From Actinomycetota bacterium (lineage in GTDB: Bacteria > Actinomycetota > Actinomycetes > Nanopelagicales > Nanopelagicaceae), in contig JBEEIL010000056.1 in assembly GCA_041169865.1 (NCBI GenBank), positions 1,141 through 65,140 on the forward strand: a stretch of 64,000 bases of DNA. Reading direction: 5' to 3'. The position numbers and the translations under genes were made by a program. Shown one piece after another: positions 47,747 to 58,481 of the stretch (position 1 is the stretch's first letter; each line of letters starts with the position of its first letter). The notes under the pieces are model-generated. The model did not search any database, was not told where the DNA came from, and saw nothing but the letters and a program-made list of their open reading frames with translations.

Positions 47747-48700
47747 ATGGGGGAGAAGATGCAGCACATATCAGTCATGCGCGATCGTTGCGTCGAACTG
47801 CTTGCCCCTTCAATTTCTTCATCAGAAAAACCAGTCGTTGTTGACGCAACTCTCGGCTTAGGTGGACATTCTGAAGCGCTACTTTCTCGCTTCGAAAATC
47901 TTACTGTTATTGGCATAGATAGAGATCAGAGTGCGCTAGAAAAAGCAGCAGTACGTTTAACTCCATTCGGTAATCGCTTCAAAACAGCACATTGTGTCTT
48001 TGACCAAATTACAGAAGTAGTGCAGAGCTTTGGATATTCACACATTAATGGCGCCCTCTTTGATCTTGGTGTCTCATCAATGCAACTTGATGAAACAGAA
48101 CGAGGATTTTCCTACTCTCAGGATGCACCTCTTGATATGCGCATGGATCGCAGCACTGGAATTACCGCATATGAAATTGTAAATACGTATGAACCTGGAA
48201 AATTAGTTCAGATTCTGCGCAATTATGGTGAAGAAAAATTTGCCACAAGGATTGTTGAAAATATCGTGAAGGCTCGGGCTAAAGCGCCACTTAATTCAAC
48301 TATCGAACTTGCAACTTTGGTGAAAGAAAGTATTCCTGCTGCCACGCGTCGTACCGGTGGTAACCCAGCAAAGAGAACTTTTCAAGCACTTCGCATTGAA
48401 GCCAATGATGAACTTGGTGCAATAAGAAGGGCGCTACCTCAAGCTCTCAATCTTCTAACAATCCATGGCCGCTTGGTTGTTATGTCATTTCAATCACTGG
48501 AAGATCGCATAGTTAAAGAAATTTTCATGGAGGCATCTACTTCAAAGAGCCCACGAAACCTTCCAATTGAACTACCTGAATTCGCCGCAAAGTACTCCCT
48601 GGTCTTCCGCTCTAGCGAAACGCCAACACAGGCTGAACTAGATGCGAACCCACGTTCTGCTTCGGTGCGATTGCGAGCAATCGAAAGGGTGGCTGCGTAA
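47747..48700 (+). CDS. rsmH: 16S rRNA m4C1402 methyltransferase RsmH
   Basis: DATLGLGGHS, DLGVSSMQLD, FQALRI and NPRSAS. Confidence 0.96.
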   Translation: MGEKMQHISVMRDRCVELLAPSISSSEKPVVVDATLGLGGHSEALLSRFENLTVIGIDRDQSALEKAAVRLTPFGNRFKTAHCVFDQITEVVQSFGYSHINGALFDLGVSSMQLDETERGFSYSQDAPLDMRMDRSTGITAYEIVNTYEPGKLVQILRNYGEEKFATRIVENIVKARAKAPLNSTIELATLVKESIPAATRRTGGNPAKRTFQALRIEANDELGAIRRALPQALNLLTIHGRLVVMSFQSLEDRIVKEIFMEASTSKSPRNLPIELPEFAAKYSLVFRSSETPTQAELDANPRSASVRLRAIERVAA

Positions 48701-49110
48701 TGGCCAACATGACAGCTCGCTCAATTCACAGTGCGCCGCAGTTAACGAGTGCGCGAAAAGTCGTTTCTAATCGCACAGCGGAAATTATCTCTGGCATCTT
48801 TCCTGATATTAGTTCTGGCGCAAGAGCCACTCATAAATACTTTGCCACATTCCTTACAGTTGTGAGCGCACTTGGTTTTCTTGTGCTGCTTGGAATAAAT
48901 ACCCTCTTAGCCAAAGATGCATTCACTCTTTCGGAGCTTAGAGTTGAAGCTAAGCAAGTAGCTGATCAACGTGATGCTATCAATCGAGCAATCGATAACT
49001 TTGAGGCTCCTGAAAATCTAGCAGCAGCTGCTGCTGCATTAGGAATGCGCCCATCAGAGACCCCGGTATTTCTTAATCTTGCACCTGCAGCGGATGTGAC
49101 AAATGGGTAA
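48700..49110 (+). CDS. ftsL: Probable cell division protein FtsL
   Basis: Single TM plus coiled coil plus A..LGM; lies between rsmH and ftsI. Confidence 0.7.
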   Translation: MANMTARSIHSAPQLTSARKVVSNRTAEIISGIFPDISSGARATHKYFATFLTVVSALGFLVLLGINTLLAKDAFTLSELRVEAKQVADQRDAINRAIDNFEAPENLAAAAAALGMRPSETPVFLNLAPAADVTNG

Positions 49111-50923
49111 TCTGCTGCTTTCAAAGTCTCGCATCAAAGTACTTATCCTCTTTGCTGTCTTTCTCTTTGCACTTCTTGCAGCGCAGCTTGTGAGAGTTCA
49201 AGTAATTCAAGCAGCCGAGTATCAGAGTAAAGCCTCTAATGAGATGCAACTGACGAGGACTATCCCTGCTCCACGTGGAGACATTACTGATATCAATGGA
49301 ATTACCTTTGCCCGCAGCGTATCTGCAATCACAATCGTTGTGGATCAAACGCTGATTTCTGATCCAGTAAGAACCGCTAATTTTGTGGCCCCAATCTTGG
49401 GATTACCTGTAGAAGATGTTCAGGAGAACATCACTGGAACGCGTCGCTACTCAATTGTGCTCAAGAATGGTCGCCCTGCTCTCTGGGATCGTCTCACCAA
49501 AGAAATTTACGAACATAACAAGGCGCTGCGCAAAGAGGAGCTAGATAAGCGAATCATTGGATTCTTCCCAGAACGTTCCTATATTCGTGAATATCCATCA
49601 GGTTCGCTTATCTCATCACTCGTCGGATTTGTGCGTGCTGATGGCGTTGGTGCGACTGGTTTGGAATCTAGTCTCAACTCCGTGATCACAGGCGTCGACG
49701 GCCGATACTCATTTGCAAATGGTTATGGGGCTGAGATTCCAGGTTCACAGCGCGAGATTGTTGCCGCCAAAGCTGGAACGAGCGTGCGATTGACTATTGA
49801 TCGCGATGTTCAGTGGGTGGCTTCAGAGGCAATCGCTGAAGCTGTCAAAAGCTCTAAAGCGGCTAGCGGTACGGTCATTGTGATGGATCCTCGCACAGGA
49901 GAAATAGTTGCCCATGCAACGGCTCCAACTTTTAATCCGAATAACACAAAAGATGTTGACTTAAATTTAATGCGCAATCCGTCTGTGCAAGATGTTTACG
50001 AACCAGGTTCGACCGGAAAAGTTATGACTTTGGCAGCAGCTCTTGAGGAGAAAACTGTTTCTCCAACTACGGTTTTCTCTGTTCCGTATGCGCTAAAGCG
50101 GGGCGGTTCGGTATTTCACGACCATGATAAGCATCCAGTTCAGCGCTTGACGACATCTGGAATTTTGGCTGTTTCCAGCAACACCGGAACAATTAAAGTT
50201 GGCGAAACGATTAGTAATGACACTCTCTATTCTTACTTAACAAAATTTGGAATAGGTTCTAAGACCGGTTCTGGACTTCCTGGTGAATCTGCGGGTATTT
50301 TGCCAAAGGTTGAAAATTGGTCAGGAACCACCGCCCCAACAGTTGCCTTCGGTCAGGGATATTCATTAACTGCGATGCAAGCGACTAGTGTTTTTGCCAC
50401 TATTGCAAATAATGGAATCCGCGTCTCTCCAACAGTTATCGCTGGCACCCGCGATGTGTCAGGTCATTTCACGCCAAGTGGTAATAGAACGACCACCCGA
50501 GTCATCAGCGAAGATACAGCTCGCAAATTGAGATTAATGATGGAAAGCGTTGTAACTCCAACAGGAACTGCACCGTCAGCAGCAATTCCGGGTTATCGAG
50601 TTGCAGGAAAGACTGGAACCGCCTGGCGCTATAACGATAAGACAGGGGGATATAACGGCTACACCGCATCATTTATTGGTTTTGCCCCCGCTGATTCACC
50701 TCGATATGTCATCAGCGTAACCATCCAAGATCCGCGCAATGGTTATTACGGTGGAGTATTAGGTGGGCCTGTTTTCAAAAAGGTAATGACTTTTGTGCTT
50801 CAGAGTAAACACGTTGCACCAACTGGCACCAAAGTGATGCCGGTCGCCCTCAATCAAAAAGATTTGACTCGCCTCAAGGCGACCCAAGTGAGTGCCGAAA
50901 AATCTAAGGCGAAGTCACAATGA
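49103..50923 (+). CDS. ftsI: Division-specific class B PBP (FtsI)
   Basis: RGDITD, EPGSTGK (SxxK), SSN and KTGT. Confidence 0.93.
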   Translation: MGNLLLSKSRIKVLILFAVFLFALLAAQLVRVQVIQAAEYQSKASNEMQLTRTIPAPRGDITDINGITFARSVSAITIVVDQTLISDPVRTANFVAPILGLPVEDVQENITGTRRYSIVLKNGRPALWDRLTKEIYEHNKALRKEELDKRIIGFFPERSYIREYPSGSLISSLVGFVRADGVGATGLESSLNSVITGVDGRYSFANGYGAEIPGSQREIVAAKAGTSVRLTIDRDVQWVASEAIAEAVKSSKAASGTVIVMDPRTGEIVAHATAPTFNPNNTKDVDLNLMRNPSVQDVYEPGSTGKVMTLAAALEEKTVSPTTVFSVPYALKRGGSVFHDHDKHPVQRLTTSGILAVSSNTGTIKVGETISNDTLYSYLTKFGIGSKTGSGLPGESAGILPKVENWSGTTAPTVAFGQGYSLTAMQATSVFATIANNGIRVSPTVIAGTRDVSGHFTPSGNRTTTRVISEDTARKLRLMMESVVTPTGTAPSAAIPGYRVAGKTGTAWRYNDKTGGYNGYTASFIGFAPADSPRYVISVTIQDPRNGYYGGVLGGPVFKKVMTFVLQSKHVAPTGTKVMPVALNQKDLTRLKATQVSAEKSKAKSQ

Positions 50924-52401
50924 TCCGCCCAATTGCAGAATTCACAGCACGATTGCAAGATGCGGCGCAACTGCTTGGAGCAACACCTGCAGATTTAGAC
51001 GTTACCTTTAGCGGGGTTGCTCACAGTGATAACGATGTTGAACCAGGTGATCTCTTTCTTGCAATTCCAGGTGCGAAATTTCATGGCGCCGAATTCATTC
51101 AGAAAGCAAAGGCCAAAGGGGCAGTTGCAGTAATTACTGATGCAGCGGGCAAAAAACTAGATTCATCTCTTCCAACCTTAGTTGTCAGTGATGTTCGTAT
51201 CGCTGGCGCACTCGTAGCCGCATCTTTGTATAGATATCCAACACGCGATTTAGTAAGCGTGGGAATCACTGGGACAAATGGAAAGACAACAGTTTCTACC
51301 TTGCTATACCAAATCTTTCAAACCATCGGACGAGAAACAGGCTTGATTGGAACTGTGGATACTCGAATTGGTGCAGAGCGTTTAGATAGCAAGAGAACGA
51401 CTCCCGAGGCACCTGAGCTGCAAGCACTGGCTGCAGTTATGCGCGAGCGACATGTAAGAAATTTGGTAATGGAAGTATCTAGCCACGCGTTGAGCATGGG
51501 ACGAATGAAGGGCTCCCATTTCTCAATCGCAGCGTTTACCAATCTCAGCCAAGATCACTTAGATTTCCATAAGGATATGGAGTCCTATTTTCAAGCAAAA
51601 GCATCACTCTTCACTAATGAATATGCAGATTCAGCGTTCATCAATATTGATACGCCATATGGCGTTCGATTAGCAGAAGAATCAACGCTCCCAAGAACTT
51701 CACTCTCACGCTTTAATACAGATGCAGATTGGCACTTTGCAGCTCTCGAACCTACTCATCGGGGGATAGATTTTTCAATTAGGGGTGCAGGTGGAATCTT
51801 GATTGAATCTCACTCACAATTGCACGGTAACTACAACGCAGATAATTTGTTATTAGCTCTGGCATTGGCTTTTGAATGCGGCGTAGACCCTCTCGAATTA
51901 GCAGCAATCGCTCCACAGTTAACTGGCGCTGTAGGTCGTCTAGATTCTGTGCTCCTTGGTCAGCCATTTAAAGCCTTCGTTGACTACGCACACACTCCGG
52001 ATGCAGTCACAAATGTCCTACAAGCCGCTCGAGATTTCACACAAGGAAAAATCATTGCCGTACTCGGTTGCGGCGGAGATCGAGATGCTGCAAAACGCCC
52101 ACTCATGGGCGCAGCTCTTACAGCTGGTGCAGATGTTGCGATTTTTACAAGCGATAATCCACGCTCGGAAAAACCTGTGAAGATATTAAATGAGATGACT
52201 GCTGGAATTGAAATAGCAAGCCCATCATGCATCGTTGAAGATCGGGCGGAAGCAATTGCCCACGCCGTTGCCTTGGCAGCTGAAAATGACACAATATTGG
52301 TACTCGGAAAAGGACACGAGCAGGGGCAGGAGATAGCTGGTACAACGTATCCATTTGACGATCGACGTGTCTTGGCAAAAGCAATTGAGGGGCGAGCATG
52401 A
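50920..52401 (+). CDS. murE: UDP-MurNAc-tripeptide synthetase (meso-DAP type)
   Basis: TGTNGKTT, MEVSSH, DHLDFH, DYAHTPD and the DNPR specificity motif. Confidence 0.95.
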   Translation: MIRPIAEFTARLQDAAQLLGATPADLDVTFSGVAHSDNDVEPGDLFLAIPGAKFHGAEFIQKAKAKGAVAVITDAAGKKLDSSLPTLVVSDVRIAGALVAASLYRYPTRDLVSVGITGTNGKTTVSTLLYQIFQTIGRETGLIGTVDTRIGAERLDSKRTTPEAPELQALAAVMRERHVRNLVMEVSSHALSMGRMKGSHFSIAAFTNLSQDHLDFHKDMESYFQAKASLFTNEYADSAFINIDTPYGVRLAEESTLPRTSLSRFNTDADWHFAALEPTHRGIDFSIRGAGGILIESHSQLHGNYNADNLLLALALAFECGVDPLELAAIAPQLTGAVGRLDSVLLGQPFKAFVDYAHTPDAVTNVLQAARDFTQGKIIAVLGCGGDRDAAKRPLMGAALTAGADVAIFTSDNPRSEKPVKILNEMTAGIEIASPSCIVEDRAEAIAHAVALAAENDTILVLGKGHEQGQEIAGTTYPFDDRRVLAKAIEGRA

Positions 52402-53789
52402 TTGCGTTACCAGCATCCACAATCGCCAAAATTGTTGGCGGAAAACTTGTTGGAGAAGATGTAACGGTCATTGCTAATCCAGTCATTGATTCAAAATCTG
52501 CAACTTCTGGTTCGCTTTTCATCGCCATCAAGGGAGAACGAGTAGATGGCCACGATTTTGTATCTGATGCCAATTCTCGTGGCGCAGTAGCTACAATCGC
52601 CGAACGTTCGGTGCCTGGTACTCATATATTGGTGACAAATTCAATTGTCGCCCTTGGGTTATTGGCCCAAGAGATCCGTAACCGTTTAAATAATTTGACT
52701 GTTATTGGCATAACTGGTTCGCAAGGAAAAACGACCACAAAAGAGTTGCTTTCATCAGTGTTGTCCAGCGTTGCTCCGACGGTTGCACCGCAAGGAAATT
52801 ACAACAATGAAATTGGTGCGCCGTTATCAATCCTGCAATGTGATGAGAAGACTCGTTACTGCATTGTGGAGATGGGTGCTCGCCACAAAGGGGATATTGC
52901 ACATCTTTGTAAGATCGCCCAACCTGATGTGGGAGTTGTGTTAAAGGTAGGGACCGCCCACTTAGGTGAATTTGGATCACGGGCCGCAATTGCTGAAACC
53001 AAATCTGAACTCATTTCTTCACTTCGCCCAACAGCCGTCGCGATTCTTGGGCAATACGATGAATTCACTCCGCAGATGTCGCGTCTTCACCAAGGACGTG
53101 TCGTAACTTTTGGTGAAAAGAGTGGATGTGAAGTACGCGCAACAGATGTAGAAGTTCGCGAAGGTCGTGCCCATTTTGATTTGGTAACACCTGAAGGTCG
53201 AACCACTGTAGGTTTACGGATTGTCGGTCTCCATCAAGTTGCTAATGCGCTAGCTGTAGCCGCAATAGCGTCTGTACTTGGCTTGACCTTGGATCAGATT
53301 GCGGGTGGGCTATCTACAGCTGAATCCAAGGCGAAATGGCGTATGGAAATCCATGAGATCGATTCACTTGTTCTCATCAATGATTCTTACAATGCCAGCC
53401 CTGAGGCAATGTCAGCTGCGCTCTCAACTCTTGTCCACTTTGCGCAAGAACGCGGTGGTGAGGCATGGGCATTTCTCGGAAAAATGCATGAACTCGGCGA
53501 GTCATCCGCACAAGATCACGCGGCTATTGGCACCCTTGCCTCAGAACTTGGAATTGATCACCTTGTCTGCGTTGGTGCGCCGGAGTACGCCCAATTGGTA
53601 CCAGCAGATAGCGCAACTCTGGTGCATCTTTTCGCAAGTAAGGAGCAAGCAGCCACCATGGTGGCGAATATGAATAAGGGAGATGTCGTGTTGGTCAAGG
53701 CATCTCGTTCTGAAAAATTTGAAGATTTGGCAGAAATGATTACCAAGTCATGGATCCAACGTAGTAACGAGATTGCCGATAGCGAATGA
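52398..53789 (+). CDS. murF: UDP-MurNAc-tripeptide--D-Ala-D-Ala ligase
   Basis: [26 protein letters not shown] and KASRS. Confidence 0.95.
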   Translation: MIALPASTIAKIVGGKLVGEDVTVIANPVIDSKSATSGSLFIAIKGERVDGHDFVSDANSRGAVATIAERSVPGTHILVTNSIVALGLLAQEIRNRLNNLTVIGITGSQGKTTTKELLSSVLSSVAPTVAPQGNYNNEIGAPLSILQCDEKTRYCIVEMGARHKGDIAHLCKIAQPDVGVVLKVGTAHLGEFGSRAAIAETKSELISSLRPTAVAILGQYDEFTPQMSRLHQGRVVTFGEKSGCEVRATDVEVREGRAHFDLVTPEGRTTVGLRIVGLHQVANALAVAAIASVLGLTLDQIAGGLSTAESKAKWRMEIHEIDSLVLINDSYNASPEAMSAALSTLVHFAQERGGEAWAFLGKMHELGESSAQDHAAIGTLASELGIDHLVCVGAPEYAQLVPADSATLVHLFASKEQAATMVANMNKGDVVLVKASRSEKFEDLAEMITKSWIQRSNEIADSE

Positions 53790-54844
53790 AACTTATATTG
53801 ATCGCTGGGGCGCTTGCGCTGTTCTTCTCATTGTTTGGCACTCCGGCGCTTATTAAGGCTCTCGCACGACGTGGCTATGGTCAATTTATTCGAGATGATG
53901 GACCCTCTACTCACCACACAAAACGTGGCACACCAACTATGGGTGGAATCATTATCATTTTTGCAACTATTGGAGCATATTTATTAGCGCATTTAATTAC
54001 CCAAAAGGCAGTGACGGTTTCAGCAATTCTCATCATTGGCTTGGTTCTGGGACTTGGATTTGTCGGTTTCTTAGATGACTATCTCAAAGTTTCGCGCCAG
54101 AATTCCCGTGGAATTAGCGGTAAGCAGAAGATTTTTGGTCAAGTTTTCTTCGCCTCAGTATTCGGGTATCTCGGTTTGCAATTTCCGGACTCTGATGGCT
54201 TAACTCCAATTTCCCAAAACCTATCAACTGTACGCGACACAGGAATTTCGCTGGGTGTAGTTCTTGTCATTATCTGGATTGCATTTATGGTGACGGCAAC
54301 AAGCAACGGCGTAAATCTCACTGATGGTTTGGATGGTTTAGCAACTGGTGCCTCCGTCATGACCTTCCTAGCCTTCGTTCTCATTGGTGTTTGGGAATTT
54401 GGTCAGAGCTGTGCTGTGAACGCTTCTCCCAACTGTTATAACGTGCGAGATCCGCTTGATTTAGCAGTTTTGGCGGCAGCATTTGCCGGATCGTGTACCG
54501 GATTCTTATGGTGGAACGCATCACCAGCAAAGATTTTCATGGGCGATACAGGTTCGCTTGCTCTGGGTGGCGCACTTGCGGGATTGGCAGCTTCATTGCG
54601 CGTAGAACTGCTCTTAATTCCTCTTGGCGGATTATTTGTCATCATCACACTTTCAGTTGCTCTCCAAGTTATCTTCTTTAGAGTTACCGGCGGCAAACGA
54701 CTCTTTAAGATGGCGCCATTGCAACATCACTTTGAACTGATGGGTTGGGGAGAAGTAACCATTGTTCTGCGCTTCTGGATTATCGCTGGATTATGCGTTG
54801 CTCTTGGTTTGGGCCTGTTCTATACCGATTGGGTAGCAAGTTAG
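53786..54844 (+). CDS. mraY: Phospho-MurNAc-pentapeptide transferase
   Basis: [25 protein letters not shown] and HHFE. Confidence 0.96.
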   Translation: MKLILIAGALALFFSLFGTPALIKALARRGYGQFIRDDGPSTHHTKRGTPTMGGIIIIFATIGAYLLAHLITQKAVTVSAILIIGLVLGLGFVGFLDDYLKVSRQNSRGISGKQKIFGQVFFASVFGYLGLQFPDSDGLTPISQNLSTVRDTGISLGVVLVIIWIAFMVTATSNGVNLTDGLDGLATGASVMTFLAFVLIGVWEFGQSCAVNASPNCYNVRDPLDLAVLAAAFAGSCTGFLWWNASPAKIFMGDTGSLALGGALAGLAASLRVELLLIPLGGLFVIITLSVALQVIFFRVTGGKRLFKMAPLQHHFELMGWGEVTIVLRFWIIAGLCVALGLGLFYTDWVAS

Positions 54845-54851
54845 AGCCCTC

Positions 54852-56249
54852 ATGGCACAAGATCTATATAAGAATCTCAGCGGTCTAAAAATTTGTGTTG
54901 CCGGAGCCGGTGTCACAGGAATTGCAGTGGCGCGAAGCCTTTCGAAACGTGGAGTAGAAGTAGTCTTATTAGACGAAGCCAAGATTACCCATGAGGAATT
55001 TCCGATAGTCCACCCGAATTCAATTTCTATTTCAGATTTCGATCGGCTGTTGGTCTCACCCGGCTGGAAAGAGAGCCATCCAATTGTTATGGCGGCCCGT
55101 GCGGCCGATGTTCCGATTATTAATGAAATTGACTATGCCTGGAGCATTAAGAAGCCACATCAAAAGTGGATCAGTTTGACGGGAACAAATGGAAAAACAT
55201 CAACTGTTGAATTGACAGCCAAAATGCTACAAGCTGGTGGCCTCAGTGCTATTGCTTGCGGAAATGTCGGAACGACAGTTATAGATTCAGTTGAATCCCA
55301 AGAAGATTATCAATACTTAGTTTTGGAACTGTCGTCATTTCAATTGCATTGGATGGAAGACGCTTCCTTTATTGCGGCGGCAATACTCAATATTGCCCAG
55401 GACCACATCGATTGGCACGGCAGTTTCGACCAGTACGCTGCCGATAAAGTGTCAATTCTCGATCGAGCAACGACGGCAATTCTCAATGGAGAGGATGGAG
55501 AAATTGTTACTCGTGTTGCGCACTGGCAGGGACAGAAAGTTTTTTTCTCACTTGATACGCCAGGCCCTGGTGAGATTGGAATTGTTGAAGAACTCTTAGT
55601 AGATAGGGCATTTGTTCCCAATCCTCAGGAAGCGGCCATGATTGCAGAGTTGACCGAAGTGAAACCCACGGTTCCACATAGCGTTGCAAATACCCTTGCT
55701 GCATCGGGTCTTGCGCTATCTGTGGGTGTATCTCATGAAGCCCTGCGATCAGCAATCATTGAATTTACCCCTGGTCGCCATCGCATTGAAAAGATTTTAG
55801 AGAGAGATGGAATCTCTTGGATCGATGACTCCAAGGCTACTAACCCACATGCCGCATCTGCCTCAATCATGTCGGCACTTTCTGTGATCTGGATTGCCGG
55901 TGGCTTGGCAAAGGGTGCCGCGATGGGTGATCTCATTGAAAATATCAAGGCAAGGGTCCGTGTTGCAATTCTGATTGGCGAAGATCGCGAACTTATTGCC
56001 AAAGAGCTGCAAGAACGTGCACCTCATATCACTGTAGAGATAGTTGAAGCGCCAAGCGATTATCACAAAGGTGGAGATAGTAATTCTTTAATGGAACAGG
56101 TGGTCCGTGTTGCCAAAGCAAAGGCGGTCTCAGGTGACACAGTATTGCTCGCTCCCGCTTGCGCTTCAATGGATCAATTTCTTTCTTATGCAGATCGCGG
56201 AGATAGATTTAAGAAAGCTGTAGAGAAAGTAGTCGAAAATGGCAACTAA
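54852..56249 (+). CDS. murD: UDP-MurNAc-L-Ala--D-Glu ligase
   Basis: TGTNGKTST, ELSSFQL, DDSKATN and APACASMD. Confidence 0.95.
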   Translation: MAQDLYKNLSGLKICVAGAGVTGIAVARSLSKRGVEVVLLDEAKITHEEFPIVHPNSISISDFDRLLVSPGWKESHPIVMAARAADVPIINEIDYAWSIKKPHQKWISLTGTNGKTSTVELTAKMLQAGGLSAIACGNVGTTVIDSVESQEDYQYLVLELSSFQLHWMEDASFIAAAILNIAQDHIDWHGSFDQYAADKVSILDRATTAILNGEDGEIVTRVAHWQGQKVFFSLDTPGPGEIGIVEELLVDRAFVPNPQEAAMIAELTEVKPTVPHSVANTLAASGLALSVGVSHEALRSAIIEFTPGRHRIEKILERDGISWIDDSKATNPHAASASIMSALSVIWIAGGLAKGAAMGDLIENIKARVRVAILIGEDRELIAKELQERAPHITVEIVEAPSDYHKGGDSNSLMEQVVRVAKAKAVSGDTVLLAPACASMDQFLSYADRGDRFKKAVEKVVENGN

Positions 56250-57402
56250 AATCCAAAAAAGCTTTCTTTCTCAACCAGTAAATCATTTCTACATGTTGAT
56301 TGTGAGCACGATTGCTCTTACCTTATTGGGAATCATCATGGTTTTTTCTGCTTCAACAATCCACGCAATTGATACCAAAGGCAGTGCGACTTCGATTGTT
56401 ATCAGACAGATTCTCTTCGCTTTACTTTCATTTCCAATTGCCGCCTATCTCACTCGTTTAACCGTCGCACAATGGAATTTATTGGCGCGCTTTGGACTTT
56501 CATTATCAATTCTAATTCTCGGAATCTTGCTTATTCCTGGTGTAGGTAAAACTGTCAATGGAAACACTAACTGGATAGATCTCAAGATTTTCGACATCCA
56601 GCCAAGCGAATTTGCAAAGTTTATGATGATTCTGTGGGCTAGTCGTCTCTTGGCCCGCAAGGAATCTGCGGGAAGATTTGATGCCAATGTTCTTGCGCTT
56701 CTAGGGCCGGGTTTTCTCATTGTCATGGGGCTCGTAATGGTTGGGCGCGATTTGGGTACCACATCAGTGATAGCCGCAATTTTGGCAGGAATGCTCTTTG
56801 TGTCGGGTATTCAACTTCGTATCTTGGGATGGGCAACTGTTGTTGCTGCGCTATTTCTGGCATTTTTCATCGCAACTTCAGATTATCGAGCTCAAAGATT
56901 TCTGGTCTTTCTAGATCCTTTTGCGCCCGAAGATTACAGATTTGCTGGCTGGCAACCCGCACATAGTTTGTTGGGATTGGCTTCCGGAGGAATTTTTGGC
57001 GTGGGGTTAGGTGGCAGCCGACAGAAATGGGGAAATCTTTCTCAGGCTCATACTGATTTCATCTTATCTGTCATCGGTGAAGAGCTTGGTCTTGTTGGAA
57101 CTGTCACGGTACTCATTCTGCTAGTAACTCTCATTTATTCAATCTTTAGAATTGCCTTGCGAGCCAAAGAGCCGATGATTCGTTATGCATGTTCTGGAAT
57201 TGCTTGCTGGTTTTTAATTCAATCATTTCTCAATATTGGTTCAACTACGAGCGCTCTACCCGTTGTAGGCGTCACGCTTCCTCTTGTTTCTTACGGAGGT
57301 TCGGCGTTAGTTGCAACTTTATGCGCTATTGGATTCGTCGCCGGTGCTGCGCTGAGAGATCCAGAAGTTCGCACGGAAATCATGAAGCGAAAAAGAAAAT
57401 GA
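56239..57402 (+). CDS. ftsW: SEDS peptidoglycan polymerase FtsW
   Basis: QPSEFAK, DLGT, HTDFI..VIGEELG and PLVSYGGS. Confidence 0.95.
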   Translation: MATKIQKSFLSQPVNHFYMLIVSTIALTLLGIIMVFSASTIHAIDTKGSATSIVIRQILFALLSFPIAAYLTRLTVAQWNLLARFGLSLSILILGILLIPGVGKTVNGNTNWIDLKIFDIQPSEFAKFMMILWASRLLARKESAGRFDANVLALLGPGFLIVMGLVMVGRDLGTTSVIAAILAGMLFVSGIQLRILGWATVVAALFLAFFIATSDYRAQRFLVFLDPFAPEDYRFAGWQPAHSLLGLASGGIFGVGLGGSRQKWGNLSQAHTDFILSVIGEELGLVGTVTVLILLVTLIYSIFRIALRAKEPMIRYACSGIACWFLIQSFLNIGSTTSALPVVGVTLPLVSYGGSALVATLCAIGFVAGAALRDPEVRTEIMKRKRK

Positions 57403-58481
57403 CTCGCGTTATCTTTGCTGGAGGTGGAACTGCAGGACATGTCGAGCCAGCTCTAGCTGTTGCACGTGCGTGGCAAAAAGCTCACCCTGACTCAGAGATT
57501 GGCTTTCTTGGAACTCACTCTGGGTTAGAGGCGACGCTGATTCCTGCAGCAGGTTTCCAAATTTCCTACATTCCTAAAGTCGCAGTTCCACGACGAATCT
57601 CACCAAAGCTTTTGGTGCTGCCTTACTCCTTAATCAAATCAATAAGAGAGTCAATGAAAGCGCTATCTGGATCGGATTTAGTCGTTGGATTTGGGGGATA
57701 TGTCTCAGCGCCTGCCTATTTAGCGGCCGCATTGTTGCGGATTCCCTTTGTTATTCATGAAGCAAACGCAAGACCAGGCATAGCAAATCGGTTGGGAGCG
57801 TTATTGACGCCATATTGCGCTGTATCGCATCACATCACGAGTGGAACACTCAAGAAATCGCGATTGACTGGATTGCCGCTGAAAGAGAACATTGTGCAAT
57901 CCTTTTTTTCTGCGCAAAAGGATTGGAATTCAGCGCGAGCACAGGCCAAGCGCTCCTTAGGTTTTTCCGACAGTAGTCCATTGATTTTTATCTTTGGAGG
58001 ATCCCAGGGATCTGAGGCCATCAATAGAGTCATAGCCCAGGTTCAGGGTTCACTGACACAACGGGGAATTAACATCTTGCACGGGGTGGGAGCGCACAAC
58101 GTGACACCGCAATCAAGTGAACGATATAAGGCGCTTAATTACATCTCAGATATGGCCACCGCTTACTTGGCCGCGGATCTCGTCATCTCGAGAAGTGGTG
58201 CTGTTACTTGTGCCGAGGTGAATTCACTAGGTCGATATGCCCTCTTCATTCCACTGCCTATAGGAAATGGAGAGCAGCAGCTCAATGCCAGTTCGCTCAT
58301 TGCACAAGGTCGAGCGGAAACTCTCTCTCAGCCAAACTTCAATCAAAATTGGTTACTAGAGAATATAGAACGGCTCCTGTTAAAGAGTAGTGAAGCGCCC
58401 GTTTCAGGGTCACCACTTGATATTGAGGCTGCAGCTAAGATTGTAGAAATTATGCACACTGCTCTCTCTGGAGGTAGGTAA
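57399..58481 (+). CDS. murG: MurG glycosyltransferase
   Basis: GGGTAGHV, GFGGYVS, HEAN, GGSQG and RSGA; start at ATG 57399. Confidence 0.95.
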   Translation: MTRVIFAGGGTAGHVEPALAVARAWQKAHPDSEIGFLGTHSGLEATLIPAAGFQISYIPKVAVPRRISPKLLVLPYSLIKSIRESMKALSGSDLVVGFGGYVSAPAYLAAALLRIPFVIHEANARPGIANRLGALLTPYCAVSHHITSGTLKKSRLTGLPLKENIVQSFFSAQKDWNSARAQAKRSLGFSDSSPLIFIFGGSQGSEAINRVIAQVQGSLTQRGINILHGVGAHNVTPQSSERYKALNYISDMATAYLAADLVISRSGAVTCAEVNSLGRYALFIPLPIGNGEQQLNASSLIAQGRAETLSQPNFNQNWLLENIERLLLKSSEAPVSGSPLDIEAAAKIVEIMHTALSGGR